Assembly (NCBI GenBank): GCA_003144275.1
Contig: NJBF01000010.1
Span: 61,452-93,451 of the forward strand
Origin: Candidatus Heimdallarchaeota archaeon B3_Heim
GTDB taxonomy: Archaea > Asgardarchaeota > Heimdallarchaeia > Hodarchaeales > Hodarchaeaceae
Reading direction: 5' to 3'
Length of the DNA: 32,000 nucleotides
A program made the position numbers and the translations under genes. This document shows positions 8,624-18,331 of the stretch, one piece after another (position 1 is the stretch's first letter; each line of letters opens with the position of its first letter). The notes beneath the pieces are model-generated. The model ran no database searches and had not been told where the DNA came from. It worked only from the letters and a program-made list of their open reading frames with translations.

Positions 8624-9874
8624 ATGCCATCAGATGTTCTAGAACGCTTTTTAAAATACGTTACAATCCACACAACTAGTAAGGAGGATGAGGAAACTAT
8701 TCCAAGTACTAAACGGCAGTTTGACCTTGCAAATTTACTTGTTCAGGAGCTCAAAGAACTTGGAATAGTGGATGCCACTGTATCCGATGAATGTTATGTC
8801 ATTGCAACTCTACCATCAAATTTAACACCCGAGATTACCAAGATTGTACCTGTAGTTTGCTTTTTTGCTCATATGGATACTTCTCCAGAAGAAGCAGGAG
8901 ATAATATCAAACCCCAAAATGTTAATAACTATCAAGGAGGTGACATACAACTTCCTGGAAATCTAGACCTTGTAATATCACCTAAAGAAACACCCGCGCT
9001 GCTGAAATTCGTTGGTAGTGATATAATAACATCTGATGGGACTACATTGTTAGGAGGAGATGATAAAGCCGGAGTGGCTGCAATTATGGCTGCTTTAACA
9101 AAATTGAAGGCCGATCCTAAATTAAAACACGGAACTATCAAAATTGTGTTTACTCCAGATGAAGAGGTAGGTCGTGGTGTTGATGGACTTGATGTTGACT
9201 CCTTAATGGCAGATTTTGGATATACGATTGATGGGGATGAAATGGGAGTTTTAGAATCTGAAACATTTAATGCCGCAGGAGGGGATATACAGATAACGGG
9301 TTTTAACTGTCATCCAGGGTATGCTAAAGGTAAAATGATAAATGCTATCAGAATTCTAGCTGATATTATTCAAAATTTCCCTATAGATGAGTCACCTGAA
9401 ACAACAGAAAAGAAAAAAGGTTATTATCATCCATATGAATCTTCAGCTTCTGTTAATGAGGCAAAGTTAAAGTTTATTATTAGAGATTTTGATTTTGAAC
9501 AGCTTAAACAAAAGATTCGGAATGTAGAAGAGTTTACAAATCATATTCAACAAAAATATCCTTCTTCCCACATCAATTTAACTATCAAAGAATCGTACAA
9601 AAACATGAAATATAAGATAGATGAAGTCCCTGAAGTTATGATGAATGCCGAGGAAGCAATCAAACGAACAGGCATTCCTGTTATCAAGAAAGCTATACGT
9701 GGAGGAACAGATGGCGCTCATTTAAGTTATCGTGGTCTACCAACTCCGAATATATTTTCTGGAGCGATGAATTTTCATAGTAAAAAGGAATTTGTTCCCG
9801 TTATCGCCTTGGAGAAATCAGTTGAAACAATTATAAATCTAGTGCAAATTTACGTTGAGAGAGCTTCTGAATGA
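8624..9874 (+). CDS. pepT: Peptidase T (M20B tripeptide aminopeptidase)
   Basis: ERFLKYV, AHMDTS, DGTTLLGGDDKAG, FTPDEEVGRG, ETFNAA, HPGYAKGKMINA, IRGGTDG, HSKKEF. ATG 8624 is preferred over 8603. Confidence 0.95.
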   Translation: MPSDVLERFLKYVTIHTTSKEDEETIPSTKRQFDLANLLVQELKELGIVDATVSDECYVIATLPSNLTPEITKIVPVVCFFAHMDTSPEEAGDNIKPQNVNNYQGGDIQLPGNLDLVISPKETPALLKFVGSDIITSDGTTLLGGDDKAGVAAIMAALTKLKADPKLKHGTIKIVFTPDEEVGRGVDGLDVDSLMADFGYTIDGDEMGVLESETFNAAGGDIQITGFNCHPGYAKGKMINAIRILADIIQNFPIDESPETTEKKKGYYHPYESSASVNEAKLKFIIRDFDFEQLKQKIRNVEEFTNHIQQKYPSSHINLTIKESYKNMKYKIDEVPEVMMNAEEAIKRTGIPVIKKAIRGGTDGAHLSYRGLPTPNIFSGAMNFHSKKEFVPVIALEKSVETIINLVQIYVERASE

Positions 9875-9920
9875 TCACCAATGGAAGAATTTTGTTAATA
9901 CAGTCCACCTTAACACTCAC

Positions 9921-9944
9921 CTGTATAGAAACAAACCTATACAG
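9921..9944. promoter_or_regulatory. Perfect 8-bp inverted repeat upstream of the 1865-aa gene
   Basis: CTGTATAG (9921-9928), loop AAACAAAC, CTATACAG (9937-9944). It could be an operator or an RNA hairpin. Confidence 0.35.
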
Positions 9945-10023
9945 ATATTAGCCTTGTTTAGAATTAGAAAATCTTTTAGAAGATACAATATATCATTTAT
10001 CTACATAGGATGAACGAGTAATT

Positions 10024-13000
10024 ATGGCAACCCGAAACGAAAAACTGGTTCGGATAGAGCTTCCCTCTACTTCTGGGGTAGAAGTTGAGATTAGAGAAAG
10101 CAGAGATCGGTACGTACTGAATTTTTTCCAGAATGATAGACAAATAAATACCGCTTCTCTCTCTCAAAACAAGCTTAATCAGGATAGGCTAGTGGATCTC
10201 TTAAGTGAGGCCGGAGTGGAATTTTTTAGTTTTTCTGCAATATTTGAAATCGCTGATCTACTTGTGAATACAATTAAAGATGAATTTCAAGCTTTTTCCA
10301 TAGAAGATGAACCTGCTTCAACTCCAATAACGCATGATGTTAATGATGTGACTGAAAAGTTCGGTATACTAACTGAAGATGTACTAGAAGAGGAGGATGA
10401 GATTGTTGAAGATACAGTCTCAGCAACATCAAGTAAGATTCTGACAATTCCTCCTGGAGATAAAGAACTAAAAAAGATCAAAATGCTACACTCGAAATCA
10501 GGATTTGCCACAATATATTATACTCCCGAAGGAAAATTTGCTATAGTCTTATCTCGCAATGATGAATTGTTACTGAGAAAAGTCTATTCTAAAGACGATG
10601 TAAATCAAGACAAGGTTGTAGAATTAATCAGTGAATCAGGAATTGATTTTCTTTCCTTTTCTGCAATATATGATTCTGCAGAGCAAATTGAATCACTAAT
10701 CTTAAATCCAGAGAAATTTGAATCAGAAGATACTGTCTCAATTCCTCAAATGGACACTATAGTTGATGTCGCTGATCCTTCACCTATTTTAAAGTCGAAA
10801 TCAGCAGCTACCTCAGAACAAGATGAAGTGACACTCGTTGATTTATCCGATTTTGATACGTCTGAATTCAATAAGGCTGATGATTTTGATAAATTTATCA
10901 ACAAGGTTAAAGAAGTCGTAGAAGTAGGACAACCTCTTCCTGTTAAGGAAGTGGAGATTGCTCATTCGGGTGGAGTGGATTGTATTATCCTCAGAAAATT
11001 TGATGATTGGTTTTTACGTTTTCGCAAGTCTGATGGTTCAATATCTGCCCCTACAGAAATAAAAATTGATCAGGATGAAATCGCTCGTCTGATAAATCAG
11101 GAAATCCCCCAAATTTCTTTTAGTTACTTGTATGATGCTTCAGAATTGATTTTTCAAACTATTGGTGGTTTAGCAACAAAGCCAATGGACCAAATCATCA
11201 TTAATGTGGCTGTTGGTCACTTCTTAAGAATTATTGAACAGAATGAAGCAAAGGGGAATCTTAAAGCCGCATCGAAAATCACTGAGGTTTTGCTTAAGCG
11301 TTTTCGTAAAGAAAACAATTCTAAGGGTATTCTACGATTTGGGAGAAAACTTGTAAAGTCTCTGATAGATCAAGGAAAAGATTCCAAAGTTGTGAAGCTC
11401 CAATCTGAATTGATCTCAGATCTACTCAAAATTGATTTGGAATCATCTGTTGAATTCGTATTTGAATCTATAGAGATGCTGGCCGATCAAAATAAACATC
11501 TTAATGCAGCTAATTTATGTGATTTAGTTTTGGATTACTACTTGTCTGAAAAAATAGTACCTGATTCAATATCAACAATCTTACTCTTAGCTAAAAAACA
11601 AGCGGAGTATTATAAGCATGCTCGACTACCAGTAGTAATGTGGGAGAATGCTCTTCGTTATGCCCACTTTGCCCTAAAAGAGATAGGAGCAAGTGGGGAC
11701 ACATTCTCAAAGGAACAAAGAGATGGATTCTTGGAGGACATTATTTTCTTAGTTGACTCTGCACTGGGAGTACAAGAAGAACGTAAAGCTAATTTTGAAA
11801 TTCTGAGCACGCTTGAAGAGACAACACAATTATTAAAAGAGATTCAAGAAAAATCCCATTATCAAAGATACGTTAATCGATTAATCCTCACCTTGGAGAC
11901 TCAGGGAAAGAAGGAAAAAGCTTTAGAAATCACATTGGAAGCTTCAAAAGCACTAATGAATTCAGAAACATATGTAAAAGCGTGTGAACTTAGTAATCAA
12001 GCAATAAAATTGTTTTATGAATTGAAAAAGGTTGAAGAAGCTGTTGATTTTAGTCTTGGAGTAGTGAGGGGACTCACTGAATTAGAAGAAATAGAGGCTG
12101 CAAAAAATTATTTGCAGTTTGTTGAAGATCTCATTAGTAAAGCATACAAAGATAGTGATTCTCGTCGAATAGAAAAACAGCTCGCAATGGGCGATTTACT
12201 GGGGAAATTAGGGATGAAAGATCGCGCTAAATCCTTTATTCAGACCGCTCTTCAAACAATTGCAGATCCTAAGAAAAGGGAGAAAATTGTTCTGAAATAT
12301 GTAGATGAAATGCATGTGAGTCATGCTTTTCTTACCGCTCAAGAGATGATTAATTTAGAATTATCTCGGTTGTTGGAAACAAAGAAAATAAAGGATGTAA
12401 TAAAATTTTGTTGCCAATTTATAGACAAATTAAGAGAGTATGGCCAAAGCGATATGATTTTCGAATATATTCGGTACATCTCTAGTTTAATGTTACAGTC
12501 AGATCATAGTGATTATAATTTACTGCAGAAGTTCATAAAAGATCTATTGACAACGAATGAGGTTGATAGAGCGGCGTTAATCTTGGATCAGCTAGTAATC
12601 CTCCAAGGTAAACAAAGTGATTATACGAGAGCAATTGATTCAATAAGTCGTTTTGTTGACCATCTTTTGGAAAGTACTCAAAGAGTCGATCTTGTCCAAA
12701 AATACGTTTTTGAGATTGCTGAAGCTTATAGACGGATGGGAGACGATCAAGGAGCGCTCGAAGTGTTGGTAAAATATCAGGAAGTCCTACTTGATTATTC
12801 AGTTGAATTATCACAGAAAATTACTGACATCATACTAAAAGAATATGAGGCAAAAGAAGAGTATAAGAAATGTATAGAAATTGTGACTAACATCATTGAT
12901 AGGCAATTAGAACAGAACATGTTTCAAGACGCATACATTTTTAGTGTTCAAAATGCTCGTTATATAGAGAGCTCTGGCAGCATTCCTGATGTCATCAAAT

Positions 13001-15621
13001 ATCTCGGAAAAATGAGAAATAGATTTTTAGAATTTGACAGGTTTGAAGACGCAGCTAAAATGACCGATTTAATATTTAGATTCGGTAAAACTCATCAACA
13101 ATACAAGATCGCCATCCAATCAATAAAAGAATATGCAAAAATTACTCTAGATAACGAAGACTATTTATCTGCTATCAAATTCGCTCTTAATGTCGCAAAT
13201 CTCTTTGAGGAAGACAATAAACCAGATAAAGCACTTGAATTTCTTCATATGATATTCAATATTACTTTTAAACATATCAAAGAGCCTTCTCTTCAAGTAT
13301 TTCGCAAGATAATAGAAATTCATCGCGAGAAAGATGACTTCAAGAAAATCACAAAGAAAGTCGTTGATCCGTTATTAACAAAATATCCAGATGTCGCGCT
13401 ACTTACGGTCGTGAATGAGGTTCTTTCTCCTCCACTCGGGGATTACATTAAGTATTCTGAAAAGTTCTTTGATCAACTAATTGAATCTTCTTCATTAACC
13501 TTTGACAGTGCAGATGGTATAATTTCATTAGTTAACCTTGTGTATGGAAGTGCGTTTGTAGATCTAGGAGATAGGTTGGTATATAAATACACAAATAAAC
13601 TGACAGAGTTCGGTTTTGCTGTTGAGGCAATGAAATTAATGTCAATATTGTCAGAAAGATCAAGTTTACCATTTTCGGATCTTTTAAATAAATCTCTGGA
13701 CTTCGTTCAAAATTTAGTTCAAAAAACTAACATTGAAAAAGCAAGAGAGTTTACAGATAAGTTGATTCAACATATTACAACTAACCCTGAACTATCTGCA
13801 GAGAAAAATCACCTAGGAGCAAAAGTCAGTGATAAATTTGCACAAATGGTAGCGTTTGAGAATCCTGATCTAGCCTCAGAGTATGCTTATCTTGCTGCAG
13901 ATTATCTACGAGGAGCAAATGACTTTGATGGAGTAGTTACTATCTATAATAATCTCGCAACTCAATATTCATCCTCAAAAAGAGCCATTCGTACATTTGA
14001 GAGAGGAATATACATTTGTAGTAAATTTAAGGCCAAAAAACACGAAGCACAACTACTAGTTTTACTCACAAAATACCTTTGCACTATTTCAGACGACTCT
14101 GTTTTAGCAGCTTTTCAACAAACAATAGAAAAACTGGAAGAATTGGAGGATCTGGATGAACTCTTCAGAAATTGTTGTGAGATAATTACCGTGGCAATTT
14201 CAACTGATAATCTTAATCTCGTATCAAGATATCTAGAATATATGAGTAAATTAGCCAATATGATAAACCGTTCAGAGGATATAGGTGGAATTCTGGTTTT
14301 CATGTTAAATTACGTTACTGACATAAACGATACTGAGAAAGCAAAGAAAATTAGAAATAATATTGAGGAATTGGGTATACAGCCCAAGAAATTTAAGAAG
14401 GACTTTAAACGCCTTTCAGAAGAACGTAGCAACTTTTTGAAGTCAAAATCAGTAAAAGACAGACAATTAATCGAAGTTGAAGCAGTAACTCCAACTTTGG
14501 TTAACACAGAGGAAATAATTACACCGATTGAAGAACCCCTTTTAGATAAAGTCATTGAGCCCGATACCGAAGAAGAAGATAAAGAGATTGTCGATTTCAT
14601 TAAAGGAATCAAATCAGAATCACCACTACCAGAACAAATGGAAACTCCACAGGTAATTCAAGAACCAGAACCTCAAATCTCTCAATTATTGGAAGATAAA
14701 CCATCTTTGAAGGGGCAACCGCAAATAAGCGGTGAAGTTTTGGAAATCCCTCCGAAAGAGGATGGGACCGAAGTATCCACCATACTGAGTGATGATGAAG
14801 TTTCGAGCTTATTTTCACTTGATCCTTCCCCTGAAGAGGTTTCACAAGTGTCATCATCAATTGAAGAAGAATTATTCCCTGAAGTTGGCCAACATGGCAA
14901 AGAAGGTGTAACACTATCCGATAATGAAGTAACCACACTGTTTAGCGCTCGAGAAGATTCCAAAATGAGGGGAGCTGATGTGTTACGATCACTGTCTGAA
15001 CAAGAACCCTCTGCTAGTGAGGAAGAATGGGAAGTCGATACATTTGGGCGTTTATTGAAAAAAGAAGCAACAACTCCTTCACCAGATAAAATCAGTGAAC
15101 CTAAACCAGTAATATCTCCTACTATTGTTGAAGATACGTCTGGAACTCCAGATATAAGTACTCTAGAATCATCCTATAAACCCAAAGAAGAAGTAGTAAA
15201 ACCCACCCAATTAAAGTCGCTTCAATTAGAACCTGATTTGGAAAGTGAGAAAAAGAAACAGCTTCAAAGTCTACCTGATCTTGAAGAATTAGAAATGGCG
15301 CTAGTAGATACAGAGAGCGTGTTACCTCCTAGACACGAACCAGAACCAACTGAAGAAACGAAAAGTCTGTTCGATAAAGACATAACCAGTTCTTTAGACT
15401 CTGTTGTGGATGCCCTTGTTGAAGACGAATCTGGTGACACACAAGATATCTTTGGAATTCCAGAAGTGTCCTACGAGGAAATCTCCGAACCACAAACTTC
15501 AAAACCAGCTGAAGTGAAACCACCTGATTTAATAGATTTATTTTCAGACGCGTTATCTGAATTAGGATCAATAACTGGGGAATCTGGAAAGAAAGGCAAG
15601 GAAAAGAAGAAAAAGAAGTAG
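10024..15621 (+). CDS. Giant hypothetical protein: three N-terminal repeats, TPR/SNAP-like alpha-solenoid, acidic disordered tail, poly-Lys C-terminus
   Basis: Uninterrupted 1865-aa ORF. It has a thrice-repeated QD..(FS)FSxxYD/FE domain, a long helical region with A-x-x-(Y/F) repeat periodicity, a Glu/Pro/Ser/Asp-rich region after about 14450, and ends GKKGKEKKKKK. Confidence 0.75.
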   Translation: MATRNEKLVRIELPSTSGVEVEIRESRDRYVLNFFQNDRQINTASLSQNKLNQDRLVDLLSEAGVEFFSFSAIFEIADLLVNTIKDEFQAFSIEDEPASTPITHDVNDVTEKFGILTEDVLEEEDEIVEDTVSATSSKILTIPPGDKELKKIKMLHSKSGFATIYYTPEGKFAIVLSRNDELLLRKVYSKDDVNQDKVVELISESGIDFLSFSAIYDSAEQIESLILNPEKFESEDTVSIPQMDTIVDVADPSPILKSKSAATSEQDEVTLVDLSDFDTSEFNKADDFDKFINKVKEVVEVGQPLPVKEVEIAHSGGVDCIILRKFDDWFLRFRKSDGSISAPTEIKIDQDEIARLINQEIPQISFSYLYDASELIFQTIGGLATKPMDQIIINVAVGHFLRIIEQNEAKGNLKAASKITEVLLKRFRKENNSKGILRFGRKLVKSLIDQGKDSKVVKLQSELISDLLKIDLESSVEFVFESIEMLADQNKHLNAANLCDLVLDYYLSEKIVPDSISTILLLAKKQAEYYKHARLPVVMWENALRYAHFALKEIGASGDTFSKEQRDGFLEDIIFLVDSALGVQEERKANFEILSTLEETTQLLKEIQEKSHYQRYVNRLILTLETQGKKEKALEITLEASKALMNSETYVKACELSNQAIKLFYELKKVEEAVDFSLGVVRGLTELEEIEAAKNYLQFVEDLISKAYKDSDSRRIEKQLAMGDLLGKLGMKDRAKSFIQTALQTIADPKKREKIVLKYVDEMHVSHAFLTAQEMINLELSRLLETKKIKDVIKFCCQFIDKLREYGQSDMIFEYIRYISSLMLQSDHSDYNLLQKFIKDLLTTNEVDRAALILDQLVILQGKQSDYTRAIDSISRFVDHLLESTQRVDLVQKYVFEIAEAYRRMGDDQGALEVLVKYQEVLLDYSVELSQKITDIILKEYEAKEEYKKCIEIVTNIIDRQLEQNMFQDAYIFSVQNARYIESSGSIPDVIKYLGKMRNRFLEFDRFEDAAKMTDLIFRFGKTHQQYKIAIQSIKEYAKITLDNEDYLSAIKFALNVANLFEEDNKPDKALEFLHMIFNITFKHIKEPSLQVFRKIIEIHREKDDFKKITKKVVDPLLTKYPDVALLTVVNEVLSPPLGDYIKYSEKFFDQLIESSSLTFDSADGIISLVNLVYGSAFVDLGDRLVYKYTNKLTEFGFAVEAMKLMSILSERSSLPFSDLLNKSLDFVQNLVQKTNIEKAREFTDKLIQHITTNPELSAEKNHLGAKVSDKFAQMVAFENPDLASEYAYLAADYLRGANDFDGVVTIYNNLATQYSSSKRAIRTFERGIYICSKFKAKKHEAQLLVLLTKYLCTISDDSVLAAFQQTIEKLEELEDLDELFRNCCEIITVAISTDNLNLVSRYLEYMSKLANMINRSEDIGGILVFMLNYVTDINDTEKAKKIRNNIEELGIQPKKFKKDFKRLSEERSNFLKSKSVKDRQLIEVEAVTPTLVNTEEIITPIEEPLLDKVIEPDTEEEDKEIVDFIKGIKSESPLPEQMETPQVIQEPEPQISQLLEDKPSLKGQPQISGEVLEIPPKEDGTEVSTILSDDEVSSLFSLDPSPEEVSQVSSSIEEELFPEVGQHGKEGVTLSDNEVTTLFSAREDSKMRGADVLRSLSEQEPSASEEEWEVDTFGRLLKKEATTPSPDKISEPKPVISPTIVEDTSGTPDISTLESSYKPKEEVVKPTQLKSLQLEPDLESEKKKQLQSLPDLEELEMALVDTESVLPPRHEPEPTEETKSLFDKDITSSLDSVVDALVEDESGDTQDIFGIPEVSYEEISEPQTSKPAEVKPPDLIDLFSDALSELGSITGESGKKGKEKKKKK

Positions 15622-15624
15622 TGC

Positions 15625-16773
15625 TTAATCTTTCCTTGATTTTCCATACATATCAGGATCATAAAGAGGATATTTCTGTATTTTTACTTCATGCATCTTA
15701 TTTCTGACTTGGAATTGTATAATTTCATTTTCAATATTGTACTCTGGTAGTATGTAACCCATCCCAATACCAATGTTTAAAATGGGAGAAAAACCTCCAG
15801 ATGAAATGACACCTATTTCTTTTTCCCCTTGGAACAATTTTAATCCTGAACGGGGGCTAGGCCCTCTTTTCATAGAAATTAAGCCTACTCGAATCTTTTG
15901 GAGAGGTTTTTCTTTCAATATTTCAAGTTGGGGCTTACCTATAAAGGAAGATTTGTTTATATGAATAAACGGAGGAAAAAATAAGTCCGCTTCAAGTGGA
16001 TTAATACTTTCTGATATATCATTTCCATAGAGATGATAACCAGCTTCCAATCTTAGAGAATCGCGTGCTCCCAACCCACAGGGTTTTATGTTAAATTGCT
16101 TACCTTCCACAAGTAATTTCATCCAGACATTGACCGCATTTGTATTTTCTTCATTTGATGTATTAAATACAATAATTTCATAGCCTGACTCTCCAGTATA
16201 CCCTGTACCTGAGACAATTACATCACAGCTTCCAATTGTTGTTTGTAAAATATTCCAAGAAGAAGGAGGGGATGCATTCTCTGGTATAACTCGTTTTAAC
16301 ACAGCTTCTGCCTTCGGACCTTGTAAGGCATACATCGCAGATGAAGGTGAAATATTAATTATTTCGATTTCCAATTTGGAAAAGTCATTAATCAAGACTG
16401 ATAATAATTTAATCCAGTGTAGGATCTTTTCATAATTTCCTGCATTCCAAACCAGCAACCACTTATTTTCTTCGATACGTTCAAAGACTAAATCATCTCG
16501 AAAGCCTCCAAGTTCATTGAGCATGAAAGTATATGATGCTCTTCCTATATTAGTTTTCGAAAGGTCTCTTGGCACCAGAGCGTTGAGAAATTTTTCAGAA
16601 TCCTTTCCTTGAATCCACATTCGTCCCATATGAGAAACATCAAACAAACCAACAGCATTCCTAACCGCCATATGTTCCTCAATAATGGATGTATACATTA
16701 CAGGCATTTGAAAGCCTGCAAAATCTACGATATCGCCATTTTCTGCATGCCAAGCATATAATTGTGTTTGCAT
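15625..16773 (-). CDS. gcvT: Glycine cleavage system T protein (aminomethyltransferase)
   Basis: DFAGFQMPVMY, EEHMAVRNAVGLFDVSHMG, ALQGP, GYTGESGYE, GLGARDSLRLEAG. Confidence 0.97.
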   Translation of the reverse strand: MQTQLYAWHAENGDIVDFAGFQMPVMYTSIIEEHMAVRNAVGLFDVSHMGRMWIQGKDSEKFLNALVPRDLSKTNIGRASYTFMLNELGGFRDDLVFERIEENKWLLVWNAGNYEKILHWIKLLSVLINDFSKLEIEIINISPSSAMYALQGPKAEAVLKRVIPENASPPSSWNILQTTIGSCDVIVSGTGYTGESGYEIIVFNTSNEENTNAVNVWMKLLVEGKQFNIKPCGLGARDSLRLEAGYHLYGNDISESINPLEADLFFPPFIHINKSSFIGKPQLEILKEKPLQKIRVGLISMKRGPSPRSGLKLFQGEKEIGVISSGGFSPILNIGIGMGYILPEYNIENEIIQFQVRNKMHEVKIQKYPLYDPDMYGKSRKD

Positions 16774-16953
16774 TTGTTTTCACAACATTTTTTGAATTTT
16801 TCTACGTTTCAAGCCTAAATTTGGCTATAAAAGGAGAATAATTATCTGAAAACAGGTTATTATTTATGAATTAATGAACTTTGTAATAAAGAAAAGAAGG
16901 ATAAGAAATTTTTTTTAAAACTATTGTCAATTTAATTTTATAAACAGTAGAAT

Positions 16954-18300
16954 GTGTGTGGAATTAATTTGACCGATGATCCAACATTTAAAAAAATCCG
17001 AGGTATTCTTAAAGCTCATCATGAGTATTGGAATAATGCTATCCCCTTAATTGCTTCAGAAAATTTAACAAGCCCTGCAGTAAGAGAAGTAGCGATTTCT
17101 GATTTAGCACATAGGTATGCAGAAGGATGGATAGGGGAACGAGTCTATCCAGGTAATGAATATTTCGATGATATGGAAGAACTAACTTTAAAACTCTTGA
17201 AACAACTATATAAGGCTCCTTTTATAGATGCCCGTCCTATATCAGGTGTTGTAGCCAACCTAACTGTCTATACTGCTTTTACAAAAGCTCACGATAAAAT
17301 GATGGCAATTTCAATACCTGTAGGAGGGCATATCAGCTCTGGCCCTCTTTCTGCGAAGTCAGGTTCATTTATTGGAGGAACAGCAGGTGCCGTTTCAAGG
17401 TTAGATGTTGAATATATACCTTTTGATCGATATGGATTAAATATTGATGTTGATGCGGCAATAACAGCATTCCGTGAAAAAGAACCAAAGCTTGTTCAGT
17501 TTGGCGCAAGTGTTTTCCTCTTTCCTCATCCGCTTGAGGAACTTATTCCTGTTGCTCATGAAATAGGAGCTCATGTGAATTACGATGCAGCCCATGTAGC
17601 AGGATTGATAGCGGGAAAACAATTCCAAGACCCCATAAAGGAAGGAACAGATACAATGACCATGTCAACACATAAAACTTTTCCTGGTCCTCAGAAAGGA
17701 ATTGTAATAGCATCTAAAGATGAACTTGCAGAAAGGATCAAATCTGCTGCATTTCCTGGAATGACATCAAATCATCATTTAATGCATGTGGCTGGTCTTG
17801 CGGTAGCAGCTGCGGAATTTTTAAAATATGGTGAAGCATATGCAAAGCAAATTATTCTTAACGCAAAGGCCTTAGGACAAGCACTATATGAGCGTGGATT
17901 TAAGGTAGTATGTCCTGATAAAGGGTTCACCGAATCACACACATTGTTAGTTGATATCACCAATTTCCAAGATGCAATCGGTTTGGGGGCGGATGTTGAA
18001 CAAAGGTTAGAAAAGGCTCATATTGTTGCGAATAGAAATTTATTGCCTTGGGACATCTTAGAAAAACGTAATTATTTAAATCCCGGAGGGATTCGAATCG
18101 GATCTCAAGAAATTACTAGGCTTGGAATGAAAGAACCAGATATGATCACAATTGCAGATTTCTTTAAGTCTGTAATTGTGGACAGAAAGGATCCGCTTAT
18201 TGTTGCACAGGAAGTATCAGAATTCAGAAAAGAATTCCAGAATATTCACTACGGATTTGAGACCACAATAAAGGCTTATGAATATATAAAAATAGTTTAG
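16954..18300 (+). CDS. glyA: Serine hydroxymethyltransferase, archaeal type
   Basis: LIASEN, RYAEG, GGHIS, YDAAHVAGL, PLP-Lys motif STHKTFPGPQ, GIRIGSQE. The start may be TTG 16969. Confidence 0.97.
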   Translation: MCGINLTDDPTFKKIRGILKAHHEYWNNAIPLIASENLTSPAVREVAISDLAHRYAEGWIGERVYPGNEYFDDMEELTLKLLKQLYKAPFIDARPISGVVANLTVYTAFTKAHDKMMAISIPVGGHISSGPLSAKSGSFIGGTAGAVSRLDVEYIPFDRYGLNIDVDAAITAFREKEPKLVQFGASVFLFPHPLEELIPVAHEIGAHVNYDAAHVAGLIAGKQFQDPIKEGTDTMTMSTHKTFPGPQKGIVIASKDELAERIKSAAFPGMTSNHHLMHVAGLAVAAAEFLKYGEAYAKQIILNAKALGQALYERGFKVVCPDKGFTESHTLLVDITNFQDAIGLGADVEQRLEKAHIVANRNLLPWDILEKRNYLNPGGIRIGSQEITRLGMKEPDMITIADFFKSVIVDRKDPLIVAQEVSEFRKEFQNIHYGFETTIKAYEYIKIV

Positions 18301-18331
18301 AATGGTAAAACCTAATTTTTACCTTTCTTTT

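Noticed and set aside
14310-14963. Several 90-110-aa Ser-rich antisense ORFs in the giant gene
   Set aside because: Shadows of the Glu/Asp-rich tail.
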